Assembly (NCBI GenBank): GCA_028823415.1
Contig: JAPKBL010000016.1
Coordinates: forward strand, 2,062 to 66,061
Direction: 5' to 3'
Length of the DNA: 64,000 nt
From: Mariniblastus sp.
Lineage (GTDB): Bacteria; Planctomycetota; Planctomycetia; Pirellulales; Pirellulaceae
The translations under genes and the position numbers were made by a program. Of the stretch, positions 20,592 through 29,686 are shown piece by piece (the first letter of the stretch is position 1; every line of letters begins with the position of its first letter). Under the pieces are notes generated by a model that did not search any database, had not been told where the DNA came from, and saw only the letters and a program-made list of their open reading frames with translations.

Positions 20592-21539
20592 TTAGCCCTG
20601 GAATGTCCGCCCTGGCCAATTCGCCCACCAGCTTTTGAACAACCGATACTGGGATTCGATAAAGTTCTTTTGACTTGGGCTCAAACAATCGGATTCATTA
20701 AAGTGATGTTCGTATTCCGATTCTCCATTGAGTACTAAAAGGTACTTATAGAAAAGGACTAAATCTGGACCTTCGTCGTAGGTCGATAGCACAAACAAGG
20801 CATCATTGAGCTCTTGAGCCAAACGTCTTGCCTCCACGCCACCTGCGGCTGCCTGTTCGCAAAGCGAAACAAAATGCAAGACAACTTCCGGGATAGCATT
20901 TCCAATTCCCGTGATTGCTCCGACGGCACCACAGTTCACGTAGCCGTGAAAAACCTGCGTATCGACTCCAACCATCAACTTCAACGCTTCATCAGCACCT
21001 GTGATATGTTCGGCGGCATAACTTAACGACGGACCTCCGCCAAATTCTTTAAAACCAACTAGATTGCTGAACTCCCGACGCAAATCGAAAAATAAATCCG
21101 CTTTGGTTTCAAAACCATAGTAAGGACTATTGTAGATAACGGCGGGAACCTCAGGTGCCGCCGCGAGGATGGCAGCAAAATGATTTCGCTGGGCTGTCGG
21201 CGACGTTCCCCGCGAGAGCACCCGCGGAATGACCATCAATCCACTGGCGCCTACGGATGCCGCGTGGGCAGTATGGTCTACGGCAGAACGAGTGTTCATC
21301 GCACCAGTGCCAACCACGACAGGAACCCCCGCTTCGCAAAGTCGCGCCACTCCCATTTTTCGCTGGTCGTCGGTTAGCAGTGGCCAGTCGCCCATCGAAC
21401 CACAGTAAACCACACCTTGCATTCCGGCAGCCATCATTTGCTGCCCCTTGCTTACCAAAGCATCGAAGTCGGGCTTGCGCTCAACGCCGCAGGGTGTCAT
21501 CAAAGCGGGAATACAGCCGCTGAAAATTTGTGTGTCCAT
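20592..21539 (-). CDS. DapA/DHDPS-family lyase, probably delta1-pyrroline-4-hydroxy-2-carboxylate deaminase (HypD/LhpC-like)
   Basis: It shows DHDPS-family features (IPALMTPC, GSMGDWPLLT, and the Schiff-base Lys region VGFKEFGG). The start is assigned to MDTQIF at 21539; the 54-aa extension in the ORF track looks non-coding. Function is inferred from the neighbouring genes. Confidence 0.7.
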   Translation of the reverse strand: MDTQIFSGCIPALMTPCGVERKPDFDALVSKGQQMMAAGMQGVVYCGSMGDWPLLTDDQRKMGVARLCEAGVPVVVGTGAMNTRSAVDHTAHAASVGASGLMVIPRVLSRGTSPTAQRNHFAAILAAAPEVPAVIYNSPYYGFETKADLFFDLRREFSNLVGFKEFGGGPSLSYAAEHITGADEALKLMVGVDTQVFHGYVNCGAVGAITGIGNAIPEVVLHFVSLCEQAAAGGVEARRLAQELNDALFVLSTYDEGPDLVLFYKYLLVLNGESEYEHHFNESDCLSPSQKNFIESQYRLFKSWWANWPGRTFQG

Positions 21540-21663
21540 CGAAAAACGCCGAAAGTAGTGGAAGAAAAAGACAGCGTTGATTGTATCGCAGGAAAACCAC
21601 TTCAAAAAGGACGGAACCATCCACAAAAATCGGACGCTTAAAACTGCCCACCAACCGTCTGCT

Positions 21664-22494
21664 TTAAACTGCAATCTTGAAAAAGCACTCGTAAATAACA
21701 ATAAAAGTTGCCAGAGCCATCAGGAACCACGCAAAAATACGCTTCAGTCTCTCGCCATCAAACCTTTGAGACCACCAAGAACCGATCACGACTCCCGTAA
21801 TCATCAAAATTGAAAACTGCACCAAAAACTGATAATCCATCTCGCTGCCAAGACGAATCATATCGCCACCGAAAAATCCGACAAAAGATTTGAAGGCAAC
21901 GATGGATAAACTAGTGCCAATGACAGTTCGCATGGGTAGTCCGAAAAATATAACCAATAGCGGTACGATCAATACGCCGCCACCTGCCCCCGTAAAACCC
22001 GGAATGACACCGATCAGCAGTCCACAAACGAACAATGAAATGTAGTAAGCAATAGACTTCTTGGCTTTCGAATCCATGTTTTGGTTAACAGGTTTGCCAA
22101 TTAATCCAAGCATCGTCGCGGACGATAAAAAAATGAGACCGGCAAAAATAGTCAAAACAAAGATCTTTTTTGACACAACCAGCGACCCGATCGTGAACAA
22201 TTCTTCCGGCACTGCATCGAACAACCACAGCCGCACGATTAAATTTCCAGTCGCCACCGGAATCCCCAACGCAATGACCGTCGGAAAGTCGATGATCTTT
22301 TTTTGAATACGCGGCACCACACCCACCAGCGCAGTGATACCCACGAGAATCGTAGTATAAGCGGTGGCAAATTTCAGATCGTAATGAAGCAGGTAGAGCA
22401 TCGCCGGCAACAATAACGATCCGCCACCGCCAAACATGCCCATGACAATGCCAACCACCAACCCCATTAAGTAGCCGAGAATTGTTTCAATCAT
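21664..22494 (-). CDS. TSUP (TauE/SafE) family anion-exporter-like membrane protein
   Basis: It is a polytopic hydrophobic protein with the duplicated TSUP motif (GMFGGGGSLLLPAM and GFTGAGGGVLIVPLL). Confidence 0.8.
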   Translation of the reverse strand: MIETILGYLMGLVVGIVMGMFGGGGSLLLPAMLYLLHYDLKFATAYTTILVGITALVGVVPRIQKKIIDFPTVIALGIPVATGNLIVRLWLFDAVPEELFTIGSLVVSKKIFVLTIFAGLIFLSSATMLGLIGKPVNQNMDSKAKKSIAYYISLFVCGLLIGVIPGFTGAGGGVLIVPLLVIFFGLPMRTVIGTSLSIVAFKSFVGFFGGDMIRLGSEMDYQFLVQFSILMITGVVIGSWWSQRFDGERLKRIFAWFLMALATFIVIYECFFKIAV

Positions 22495-22885
22495 TACCGT
22501 ACTGCTACTTACATTCCGCGCTGCGAGCGTTGTTTGAGGGAAATTTCGACAATCCCATCGGAATTTAAATCGCTTCCCTAGCTAAGATTTAATCCAGTCT
22601 AACCCGTGTGATCACTTCCGCACAACGTCGCTTGATTGGGCAACCTCGCCGGTTTCCGGACGGCAGATCGATTCAAGCTCAGGTAAATTTGACTGGAAAA
22701 TCGCCTTCAGGAACGTTACCCTATCGTACGGGCAATAGCGGTTGAACATCGCTGCTTAGTTCACACCATCGAGAGGCCCGACTCCGCCCCCAGCAGAACA
22801 CCAAAAAGACCGCACAATTACACGTTTTCTAATTTCAACCGATTGTCACTGGCTCAATCGGCTCGTTCAAACAACCGAATACCAT

Positions 22886-24589
22886 ATGAAATATCCTGTT
22901 TTACTCAACTTAAATATCAAAACTGCTTTGCTTAGCTTGTTGGTCGTCTCAATTTCAGTGGTTTTGGCCGCGCCAGTTGTATCCCAAACCAAGGAACGTC
23001 GATACTTTCAAGGAAAAGACTCGCAGCGCGTCGCGGGAACGCCCGAAGGAACCGTCACGGAATATCAATGGCTCGATAGTAAGATCTACCCTGGAACCAA
23101 GCGGCGATATTATGTGTACGTCCCTGCACAGTACGATGAAAATGAACCAGCAGCGTTGATGGTTTTTCAAGATGGTCACGCCTACATGAACGAGAACGGT
23201 GAATACCGCGCTCCCATTATTTTCGACAATCTAATTCACCGGCAAGAACTGCCTGTCATGATTGGTGTGTTTGTTGACCCTGGCCATCTAAAAGACGAAT
23301 TGCCAGAAAAGCGTGGCTGGAATCCGAAACCAGAAAATCGAAGCGTCGAATACGATTCGCTTGGCGATACCTATTCGAAATTTCTCCTAGAAGAAATTCT
23401 TCCCGAAGTAGAAAAAAAATACAACATCACAAAAGACCCCCTTGGACGTGGCATTTCTGGAGCAAGTAGCGGTGGTATTTGTGCGTTTACCGTTGCCTGG
23501 GAACGACCTGATCAGTTCAGCAAAGTCCTGAGCCATATCGGTAGCTTCACCAATATTCGTGGCGGCGATCGCTACCCCGGGCTCATCCGAGGGACCGACA
23601 CCAAAATGATCATCCAAGCCCCCACGGACGCGGAACCGACGGACATCACTGAAACTACTGAAGCTAACGAGAATGCCACTGACGAGGATACCGCCCCGCA
23701 GTCGCTTCGCGTTTACCTGCAAGATGGCAACAACGATCTGGACAATCAGTTCGGCAACTGGCCGCTGGCCAACCAGCAGATGTATGCGGCGCTCAAGTTT
23801 AAGAACTACGATGTTAAATTTGACTACGGGGAAGGGGGCCACAACGGTAAACACGCTGGTTCAATTTTTCCTGACGCACTTCGATGGCTCTGGCGCGACT
23901 ACCCGGGCGTCACTCCCAAATTAGCGATTATGCCAGGTCAGCAAACCGCGGCTTGGGCCGTCAAATGGTGGATGCCAAGACACGAAGCTAAATTGGCTCA
24001 ACGAAAGGCAATGGAAAAAGTCGATTTGCTGATGGTTGGTGACTCGATTACCCACGCCTGGGAGGACAAAGGGCTTGAGACGTGGAACAAATATTATGCC
24101 GACCGAAACGCATTGAATCTCGGATTCAGTGGAGATCGCACCGAGCATGTCATTTGGCGTTTTCAAAATGGGGCGATCGACGATATCTCGCCCAAACTCG
24201 CAGTAATAATGATTGGCACCAATAACACCGGACATCGCACAGAAACCCCGCGACACACGGCGATCGGGATTAAGCGGATTATTGACGAAATTAAGCTGCG
24301 ACTACCGTCAACCAAAATTCTACTTCTGGATATTTTCCCGCGCGGTGGAGACAAGGAAAACGAATTCCGAAAAATTAATTCTGAAGTTAATGAAATCATC
24401 AAAAACTATGCCGATGAACAGGCGGGTATTTCCTTTTTGAGCATCGGCGACCAGTTTCTCGAAGAAGATGGAACACTCCCAAAATCAATCATGCCGGACT
24501 TGCTTCACCCCAACAGTGAAGGCTATCAAATTTGGGCAGAGGCGATGGAACCAACCATTAAAAAACTACTCAGCGACGACAATGATTAA
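22886..24589 (+). CDS. Secreted two-domain esterase: alpha/beta-hydrolase esterase (PF00756-like) fused to an SGNH/GDSL hydrolase
   Basis: It has a signal peptide. The N-terminal domain shows YVYVPAQYDENEPAALMVFQDGH, the nucleophile elbow GISGASSGG and GGHNG. The C-terminal domain has SGNH blocks I (MVGDSITH), II (GFSGDRT), III (IGTNN) and V (DLLHPNSEGY). Confidence 0.75.
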   Translation: MKYPVLLNLNIKTALLSLLVVSISVVLAAPVVSQTKERRYFQGKDSQRVAGTPEGTVTEYQWLDSKIYPGTKRRYYVYVPAQYDENEPAALMVFQDGHAYMNENGEYRAPIIFDNLIHRQELPVMIGVFVDPGHLKDELPEKRGWNPKPENRSVEYDSLGDTYSKFLLEEILPEVEKKYNITKDPLGRGISGASSGGICAFTVAWERPDQFSKVLSHIGSFTNIRGGDRYPGLIRGTDTKMIIQAPTDAEPTDITETTEANENATDEDTAPQSLRVYLQDGNNDLDNQFGNWPLANQQMYAALKFKNYDVKFDYGEGGHNGKHAGSIFPDALRWLWRDYPGVTPKLAIMPGQQTAAWAVKWWMPRHEAKLAQRKAMEKVDLLMVGDSITHAWEDKGLETWNKYYADRNALNLGFSGDRTEHVIWRFQNGAIDDISPKLAVIMIGTNNTGHRTETPRHTAIGIKRIIDEIKLRLPSTKILLLDIFPRGGDKENEFRKINSEVNEIIKNYADEQAGISFLSIGDQFLEEDGTLPKSIMPDLLHPNSEGYQIWAEAMEPTIKKLLSDDND

Positions 24590-24660
24590 TACGCGTCGCG
24601 AAAAACAACTCAACCGACATCCGCTGCGACGGAATCGCCCAAATTAAACCGATTTAAACG

Positions 24661-25485
24661 ATGGTAAACCAAGCTATGAAGTTCCTAAACTACCTCTTTG
24701 TTTTTGTAATGATGACAGCGATTAACCTCGGCAATTCCACCGATTTGCAAGCCTTGGAAGTCGCCAACGAGCGTGAGAACTCCGCGGATCAAGAGTACTA
24801 CGAACTTCGGATTTACAAAATTTTTGATTATGAGAAACAGCAAATTGCCGAGAACTATCTTCAAACCGCTCTGATTCCTGCATTAAACCGCATGGGAGTT
24901 GACCGAGTAGGAGTGTTCAGCAATTCCAGCGACGAAAATGACCATTCGCTTTTTATGCTTATCCCGTTTTCGTCGATCGAACAATTTACCAACATGAATC
25001 AACGCCTGGCTGAGGATGCCGATTATCAAACCAATGCCGGAGCCTATTTTAAACGTAATATGAAAACGGCGGTTTACCAAAGAATCGAGAGTCGATTCAT
25101 GAAAGCATTTAAGGGCATTCCTGCCCTTGAAATCCCCGCTTATTCCTCCGAAAAGAAAGAACGCCTGTTCGAACTTCGGCTCTATGAAAGCCCCACCGAA
25201 GATCACGCGCGTCGAAAAGTTAAAATGTTTAATGAAGGGGAAATCGATATCATGCGAGATGTAAAGCTCGCACCGATCTTCTTTGGTGAAACACTAATCG
25301 GCCCCGACGTGCCCAATCTCGTCTACATGCTCTCGGGAACCGACGAAGAGGCGCATGGGCAACACTGGAAAGATTTCTTAGCCCATCCAGAATGGAATCG
25401 GATCAAGGGGATCGAAGAATATAAAGGCACCGTGTCGACGATAAAAAAGTGGATGCTAGCGCCGACTTCCTTTTCGCAACTGTAA
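24661..25485 (+). CDS. NIPSNAP family protein (two NIPSNAP repeats) with a signal peptide
   Basis: The two repeats begin YYELRIYKI and LFELRLYES, and the N-terminus is hydrophobic (MKFLNYLFVFVMMTAINLG). An alternative start lies at 24676. Confidence 0.65.
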   Translation: MVNQAMKFLNYLFVFVMMTAINLGNSTDLQALEVANERENSADQEYYELRIYKIFDYEKQQIAENYLQTALIPALNRMGVDRVGVFSNSSDENDHSLFMLIPFSSIEQFTNMNQRLAEDADYQTNAGAYFKRNMKTAVYQRIESRFMKAFKGIPALEIPAYSSEKKERLFELRLYESPTEDHARRKVKMFNEGEIDIMRDVKLAPIFFGETLIGPDVPNLVYMLSGTDEEAHGQHWKDFLAHPEWNRIKGIEEYKGTVSTIKKWMLAPTSFSQL

Positions 25486-25560
25486 GTCAGTCTGGCGTCA
25501 TGCAACTTAGTCGCCCCTCGCTTTCTCCAATTCGCCACCGTCAATACTGCGTGCCTTGCA

Positions 25561-26133
25561 ATGGAATCTCAACACCCCATGAACAATAACACATTTGAGG
25601 TTGTCAGTTTTTCAGAAGCAGGTGAAGCCCTCGGTACCGAATCGGTAGAGCTAACGAGCCCCGACGCGAACCACTTAGATTATTTTTTTAACAAATTCCT
25701 TCACCTGTCCGGCGATCTCGAACTGCCTCTAGAAGACCGCTTGCCTGGTGAAGATGAGGCGTTGGAATATCGAATCGGATCGGATCGAAACGGAGCCTAT
25801 GTGCTCTACTACTTTCACGACGAGGTGATCTTTGCTTCCTTGATTCTGAGCGGAACCGATCACGAAACTGAAACAGAATTAATGCAAGTTTTCAAGTTTC
25901 TCTTGCTCGACACGGACGACCTCGACGAGCCAACAGAAGAAGAGATTGATGCAGTCCTCTCATCCGAAGAATTTAATTTCTCGCTGGTTGAGTCGCGGCC
26001 TGCTGTGTTTGAAGTTCAACTGACTGGACCCGAAGACGAGTCCACTCCAATCGAACATGTCAAACAAATGAACCGCGCTTTGAGCGCTGCATTTTTCAAG
26101 CTAGATCGGCCTAGCCGGCATTCTGATCAATAA
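25561..26133 (+). CDS. Hypothetical acidic protein
   Basis: A 190-aa ORF with a strongly acidic composition (D/E-rich blocks such as DTDDLDEPTEEEIDAV). I recognise no family. Its 3' end overlaps the convergent protease gene by 23 nt. Confidence 0.45.
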   Translation: MESQHPMNNNTFEVVSFSEAGEALGTESVELTSPDANHLDYFFNKFLHLSGDLELPLEDRLPGEDEALEYRIGSDRNGAYVLYYFHDEVIFASLILSGTDHETETELMQVFKFLLLDTDDLDEPTEEEIDAVLSSEEFNFSLVESRPAVFEVQLTGPEDESTPIEHVKQMNRALSAAFFKLDRPSRHSDQ

Positions 26134-28003
26134 ATTCCTTGATCAACGTACGCGGAATGATGTACGACCGCGTGCGGCTGAACCGAGAAATGTTTACGCC
26201 CAGAAAATTGCCGTCAATGTCGAATACCGGGCCTCCACATTGCTCAGGACGAATGTTGGCGTCGTGCGACACTACTAAACTAAACCCGTCTCTTCGGATA
26301 CTCTTCCCGCCTATCAAATCGTCAGCAATGTGCTGAGGTGACCCATCAGGCCGCTTACCGAGCGTCACTTCCTTAGTTATTTCTCGGCCATTCCGGCGAA
26401 CGGTCACGTCAATCTTACTGTTGACATCTTGACTGGAAAGATAGCTAAAAACATCATTACGCTGACGCACAGTCTTGTCACCCAGTTTTAAAACCACATC
26501 TCCCGATTTAAATCCGGCCGCCTTGGCCGCTCCATTCTGAACTTCTTCGAAAACGACGTTGTTGTCCCTGGTGCTGATCACGACCCCGAGAAAACCACCA
26601 CTGATTCGCGTTCGAGGAACGGCAAAAAAATTAGACCCCCAAGTGCTAATCCGTCCTTCTCCTTTCGCGTCGGGAATCAGAAGCAATCGCCCAGGTTGCT
26701 CTGCCAAATCGCCTTTGATTTGGCTTAAATCGATTCCAGCAGAGTCACTAAAATTAACTTGCAGTAGGACTAAATCATTTTTAGGATCTCGAGCAACAAC
26801 TTCTGCTGCAAGGCTACTGCCATCGCTTAGCTGAACGCTCGGTCGATTACCGACAAGCGTGCTCTTGCTGATTAAATTACCGCGGCCTTCTCGGAAAATA
26901 CGTGTTCCCCAGACAGTCTCCGGTTTCTTATTGAAATCACTTTTAATGACGACCTGTGAATTGTCGAGTTTCGCTTCGAGAGACTTAAAGAGCTTAGGAA
27001 ACTCTCGCAACTCAGGATAAGTCATCGGTTTTTCGGCATCCTCTGATTTCGTAAGATTCAGTCGAATCACCTTCGGCTTCTGATCGCGCAGCACCGTGAA
27101 CTCCACCCGGCTCTCCCCTTTTGTCCTTAAGTAAATCAACTGATCGTAGATAGAACGTGCCGTTCTTACTTTTTTGCCCGATATCGATTGCACGACATCA
27201 TTGACTTTCATCCCGGAGGATTGCGCTAAACCTCCGTCGGAAATTTTGACGACCTTAACACCATTCGTTGCAGGCTCGCCTCGGAAACCGAGCTTGGGCA
27301 AGCTTGGCCAGCCTTCAATCCGAAACACTTTGGGGATTTTTAACTCTTCCCAATATTGTTTAAAAGAGTCGATGGGGACATCGTAATTTTTCCGAGTGTC
27401 TTTACGGATATTGCTGTGAATCCCGATGACCCGGCCATTAATATCAACCAATGGTCCTCCCGAATCGCCCGGTTCCATGACGGCCGTTGTTTCGATCATT
27501 CCCTCGTTTGATGTCACCGGTCGTGTGACATAGCCGAAACGGATGACCGAACCCCGATCTTTATCGTAGGTGCCGGGAAAGCTGATACTGATGCAGGGCT
27601 GGTTGGGGAGCAGTGAAGACGAGTCCCCCAGTTCTGCCACTGGCAAACGCGACGGGTTGTCAATCTTCAACATCGCCATATCGACTCGTGCGTTAGCCCC
27701 GAGTCCTTTCGCGCGAAACTTCCGGCCATCGGCGAGCAGGATCGTGTATCGGCGATTCGGTTTAACCGCGTGGCCGGCCGATAGCACGATTCCATCGGAA
27801 CTGACGATGACGCCGCTGAAAACCATTCCGCCATCATTGATGGCGACCGAGGCGGGCACAACCTTTTTGACCGCTGACATGATTTTGGCCTGAAGATCAA
27901 CGACATCCAGATCATCGATGGCAAAACAAGAAGCCGTTGCCAACGAGCAAATTGCGAAGATCAGAACCGGTGTCCTGCTAAAAACAAATCTTGAAAGCGG
28001 CAT
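26111..28003 (-). CDS. Secreted HtrA-like trypsin-fold serine protease with two PDZ domains and a second, degenerate protease-like module
   Basis: The start is assigned to MPLSRFVFSRTPVLIFAICSLATASCFA (signal peptide) at 28003. Module 1 has an intact triad context (SAGHAV, VDMAMLKI, GDSGGPLV). The PDZ regions are GVKVVKISDGGLAQSSGMKVNDVV and GAAKAAGFKSGDVVLKLGDKTV. The second module ends in DANIRPEQCGGPVFDIDGNFLGVN. Confidence 0.8.
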   Translation of the reverse strand: MPLSRFVFSRTPVLIFAICSLATASCFAIDDLDVVDLQAKIMSAVKKVVPASVAINDGGMVFSGVIVSSDGIVLSAGHAVKPNRRYTILLADGRKFRAKGLGANARVDMAMLKIDNPSRLPVAELGDSSSLLPNQPCISISFPGTYDKDRGSVIRFGYVTRPVTSNEGMIETTAVMEPGDSGGPLVDINGRVIGIHSNIRKDTRKNYDVPIDSFKQYWEELKIPKVFRIEGWPSLPKLGFRGEPATNGVKVVKISDGGLAQSSGMKVNDVVQSISGKKVRTARSIYDQLIYLRTKGESRVEFTVLRDQKPKVIRLNLTKSEDAEKPMTYPELREFPKLFKSLEAKLDNSQVVIKSDFNKKPETVWGTRIFREGRGNLISKSTLVGNRPSVQLSDGSSLAAEVVARDPKNDLVLLQVNFSDSAGIDLSQIKGDLAEQPGRLLLIPDAKGEGRISTWGSNFFAVPRTRISGGFLGVVISTRDNNVVFEEVQNGAAKAAGFKSGDVVLKLGDKTVRQRNDVFSYLSSQDVNSKIDVTVRRNGREITKEVTLGKRPDGSPQHIADDLIGGKSIRRDGFSLVVSHDANIRPEQCGGPVFDIDGNFLGVNISRFSRTRSYIIPRTLIKEFIDQNAG

Positions 28004-28258
28004 CTTTATCGCCTTATCTGAACGTATGTGACTGCTGAAAAAATAGCCCATCTTGCATCGGTAATCAAATATTTTAACCACGCTGCTGGCGGATAACCGC
28101 AAACCGTCCACTTCAATACACACAATGCCCGCAACCGACACTCCCAACGTATCAAACCGCTTGTTATCGGGGAATTTGTCGCAAATAAGAGGATAACCTA
28201 AACAACCGAGGGCCATGAACATTCGTCGCCTTCGCTCCTTGGCAGCCCCCTAAAATAG

Positions 28259-29515
28259 CTAACGCTCACCAAGACAATACAACCATTCCTGACGGGCTCC
28301 CCCCCGGTTTTCCGTGACCCTAGCAAACAGTCTCCCGCCACAAACAACCTGAGAGGCAAACGCCTCATCGCCTAACTGGTTGCGGGCGATTTCTTGATAT
28401 CCCTCGGGCTTCGCCTCAACGATCACGGTCTCGCCGTTTTCCGCGGTAAAATATAAATTTCGATTGGCGAGGACTGGAGAGGCGCTGATCGCAACGCGGC
28501 GTTTGCTGAATTTCTGTTTCCACATTTCATTACCATCTTCTGCTCGCCAGCAATAAATAACGCCGTTGTCGGCGTGAGCGTATACCAAACCCTCAAACGC
28601 CAGCATCGACTGTTCGTATACTTTCGCTGGGTTGTCCCACAGTTTCTCGCCGTTGCGGGCATCAATCCCGATTGTTTGACCGTTCGGAAATCCACCGCTT
28701 GCAAATACCCGTTCAGTATCCCAAACCAATGTGCCGCAAGTCACTTCCCAGTTGGCTTTTGTTGTCCAGATTGAATCGCCTGTCTCCGGATCGTAGCTGG
28801 CTACTTTTCCCCCACCACTAATCAGCAGTTGCCGACGACCGGCAACTTCAGCGATGACCGGTGTGGAATAACTACTGACACCTTTTCGGTCAATTCTCCA
28901 AACCTCTTTACCCGTTTCCGTATCGTAGGCAACGATTGCGGACTGAACTTGATTCTCATTGGTTACAATCACGCGAGTGCCATCAACAATCGGAGTCGAT
29001 CCATAACCGAACGGGTAGACTGGAGAGTACACGCCCACGTCTGTTTTCCAAAGCTCCTTTCCCTCAAAATCGAGGGCAACCAGATGAATGTTATTGTGGT
29101 GACTAAATACCGCAAACAATCGTTTTCCGTCAGTGGCGATCGTCGATGTCGCATGAGTGTTCTTCGGGTGGATTCGCTTTTGCCAACCGCCTTGATTGAC
29201 GTTCGTAACCCAGAGTGTCTCCCCATCTTTTCGATCGAAACAGATTACCGATTGAGTTTGGTCTTCTTTGACGGCTGTCGTTAGAAAAATCTTTTCGCCA
29301 ACGATCAACGGCGAAGCATGTCCACGGCCGGGTACTTTCGTTTTCCAGATGACATTTTCATTCTCTCCCCACACCAATGGAGCTGTCTTTGATTCCGCAA
29401 TTCCATTACCACTCGGCCCTCGCCAACGCGACCAGTCATTCTGAGCGTTAACCCCGTTAGTCGTAAATAGAATCAAGCACAGAAAGGAAAAACCGACAGC
29501 AGATTTTATGAACAT
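28259..29515 (-). CDS. Secreted PQQ-like beta-propeller repeat protein
   Basis: It has a signal peptide (MFIKSAVGFSFLCLILFTTNGVNAQ) and WRGPSGNG. There are at least six repeats of the xxDxxxGxxxW type (CFDRKDGETLWV, ALDFEGKELWK, AYDTETGKEVWR, SYDPETGDSIWT, IDARNGEKLWD, WRAEDGNEMWK). Confidence 0.8.
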   Translation of the reverse strand: MFIKSAVGFSFLCLILFTTNGVNAQNDWSRWRGPSGNGIAESKTAPLVWGENENVIWKTKVPGRGHASPLIVGEKIFLTTAVKEDQTQSVICFDRKDGETLWVTNVNQGGWQKRIHPKNTHATSTIATDGKRLFAVFSHHNNIHLVALDFEGKELWKTDVGVYSPVYPFGYGSTPIVDGTRVIVTNENQVQSAIVAYDTETGKEVWRIDRKGVSSYSTPVIAEVAGRRQLLISGGGKVASYDPETGDSIWTTKANWEVTCGTLVWDTERVFASGGFPNGQTIGIDARNGEKLWDNPAKVYEQSMLAFEGLVYAHADNGVIYCWRAEDGNEMWKQKFSKRRVAISASPVLANRNLYFTAENGETVIVEAKPEGYQEIARNQLGDEAFASQVVCGGRLFARVTENRGGARQEWLYCLGER

Positions 29516-29686
29516 TGATATCTCAAATCGGGAAGATAATAATTGAATCAGCACGAATCGCGCCTGTTAAGACTAACTTAAAACAGAATTCGCAACAGGC
29601 TGACACCGCATTCAATGCTTGCACCAGACTTACCTTGTTCTACCGAATTACCGCGACGAATGTCACTTGGATAACCCGTGGAAAAT

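Noticed and set aside
22495-22885. A 391-nt ORF-free region upstream of the esterase gene, scanned for tRNA, tmRNA, RNase P or SRP RNA signatures
   Set aside because: No T-arm (GGTTCGAATCC-like), RNase P (GAGGAAAGTCC) or SRP (GGAAGCAGCC-type) motif was seen, and neither was any strong extended hairpin. It is most simply promoter and leader space. A covariance-model scan would be needed to be certain.
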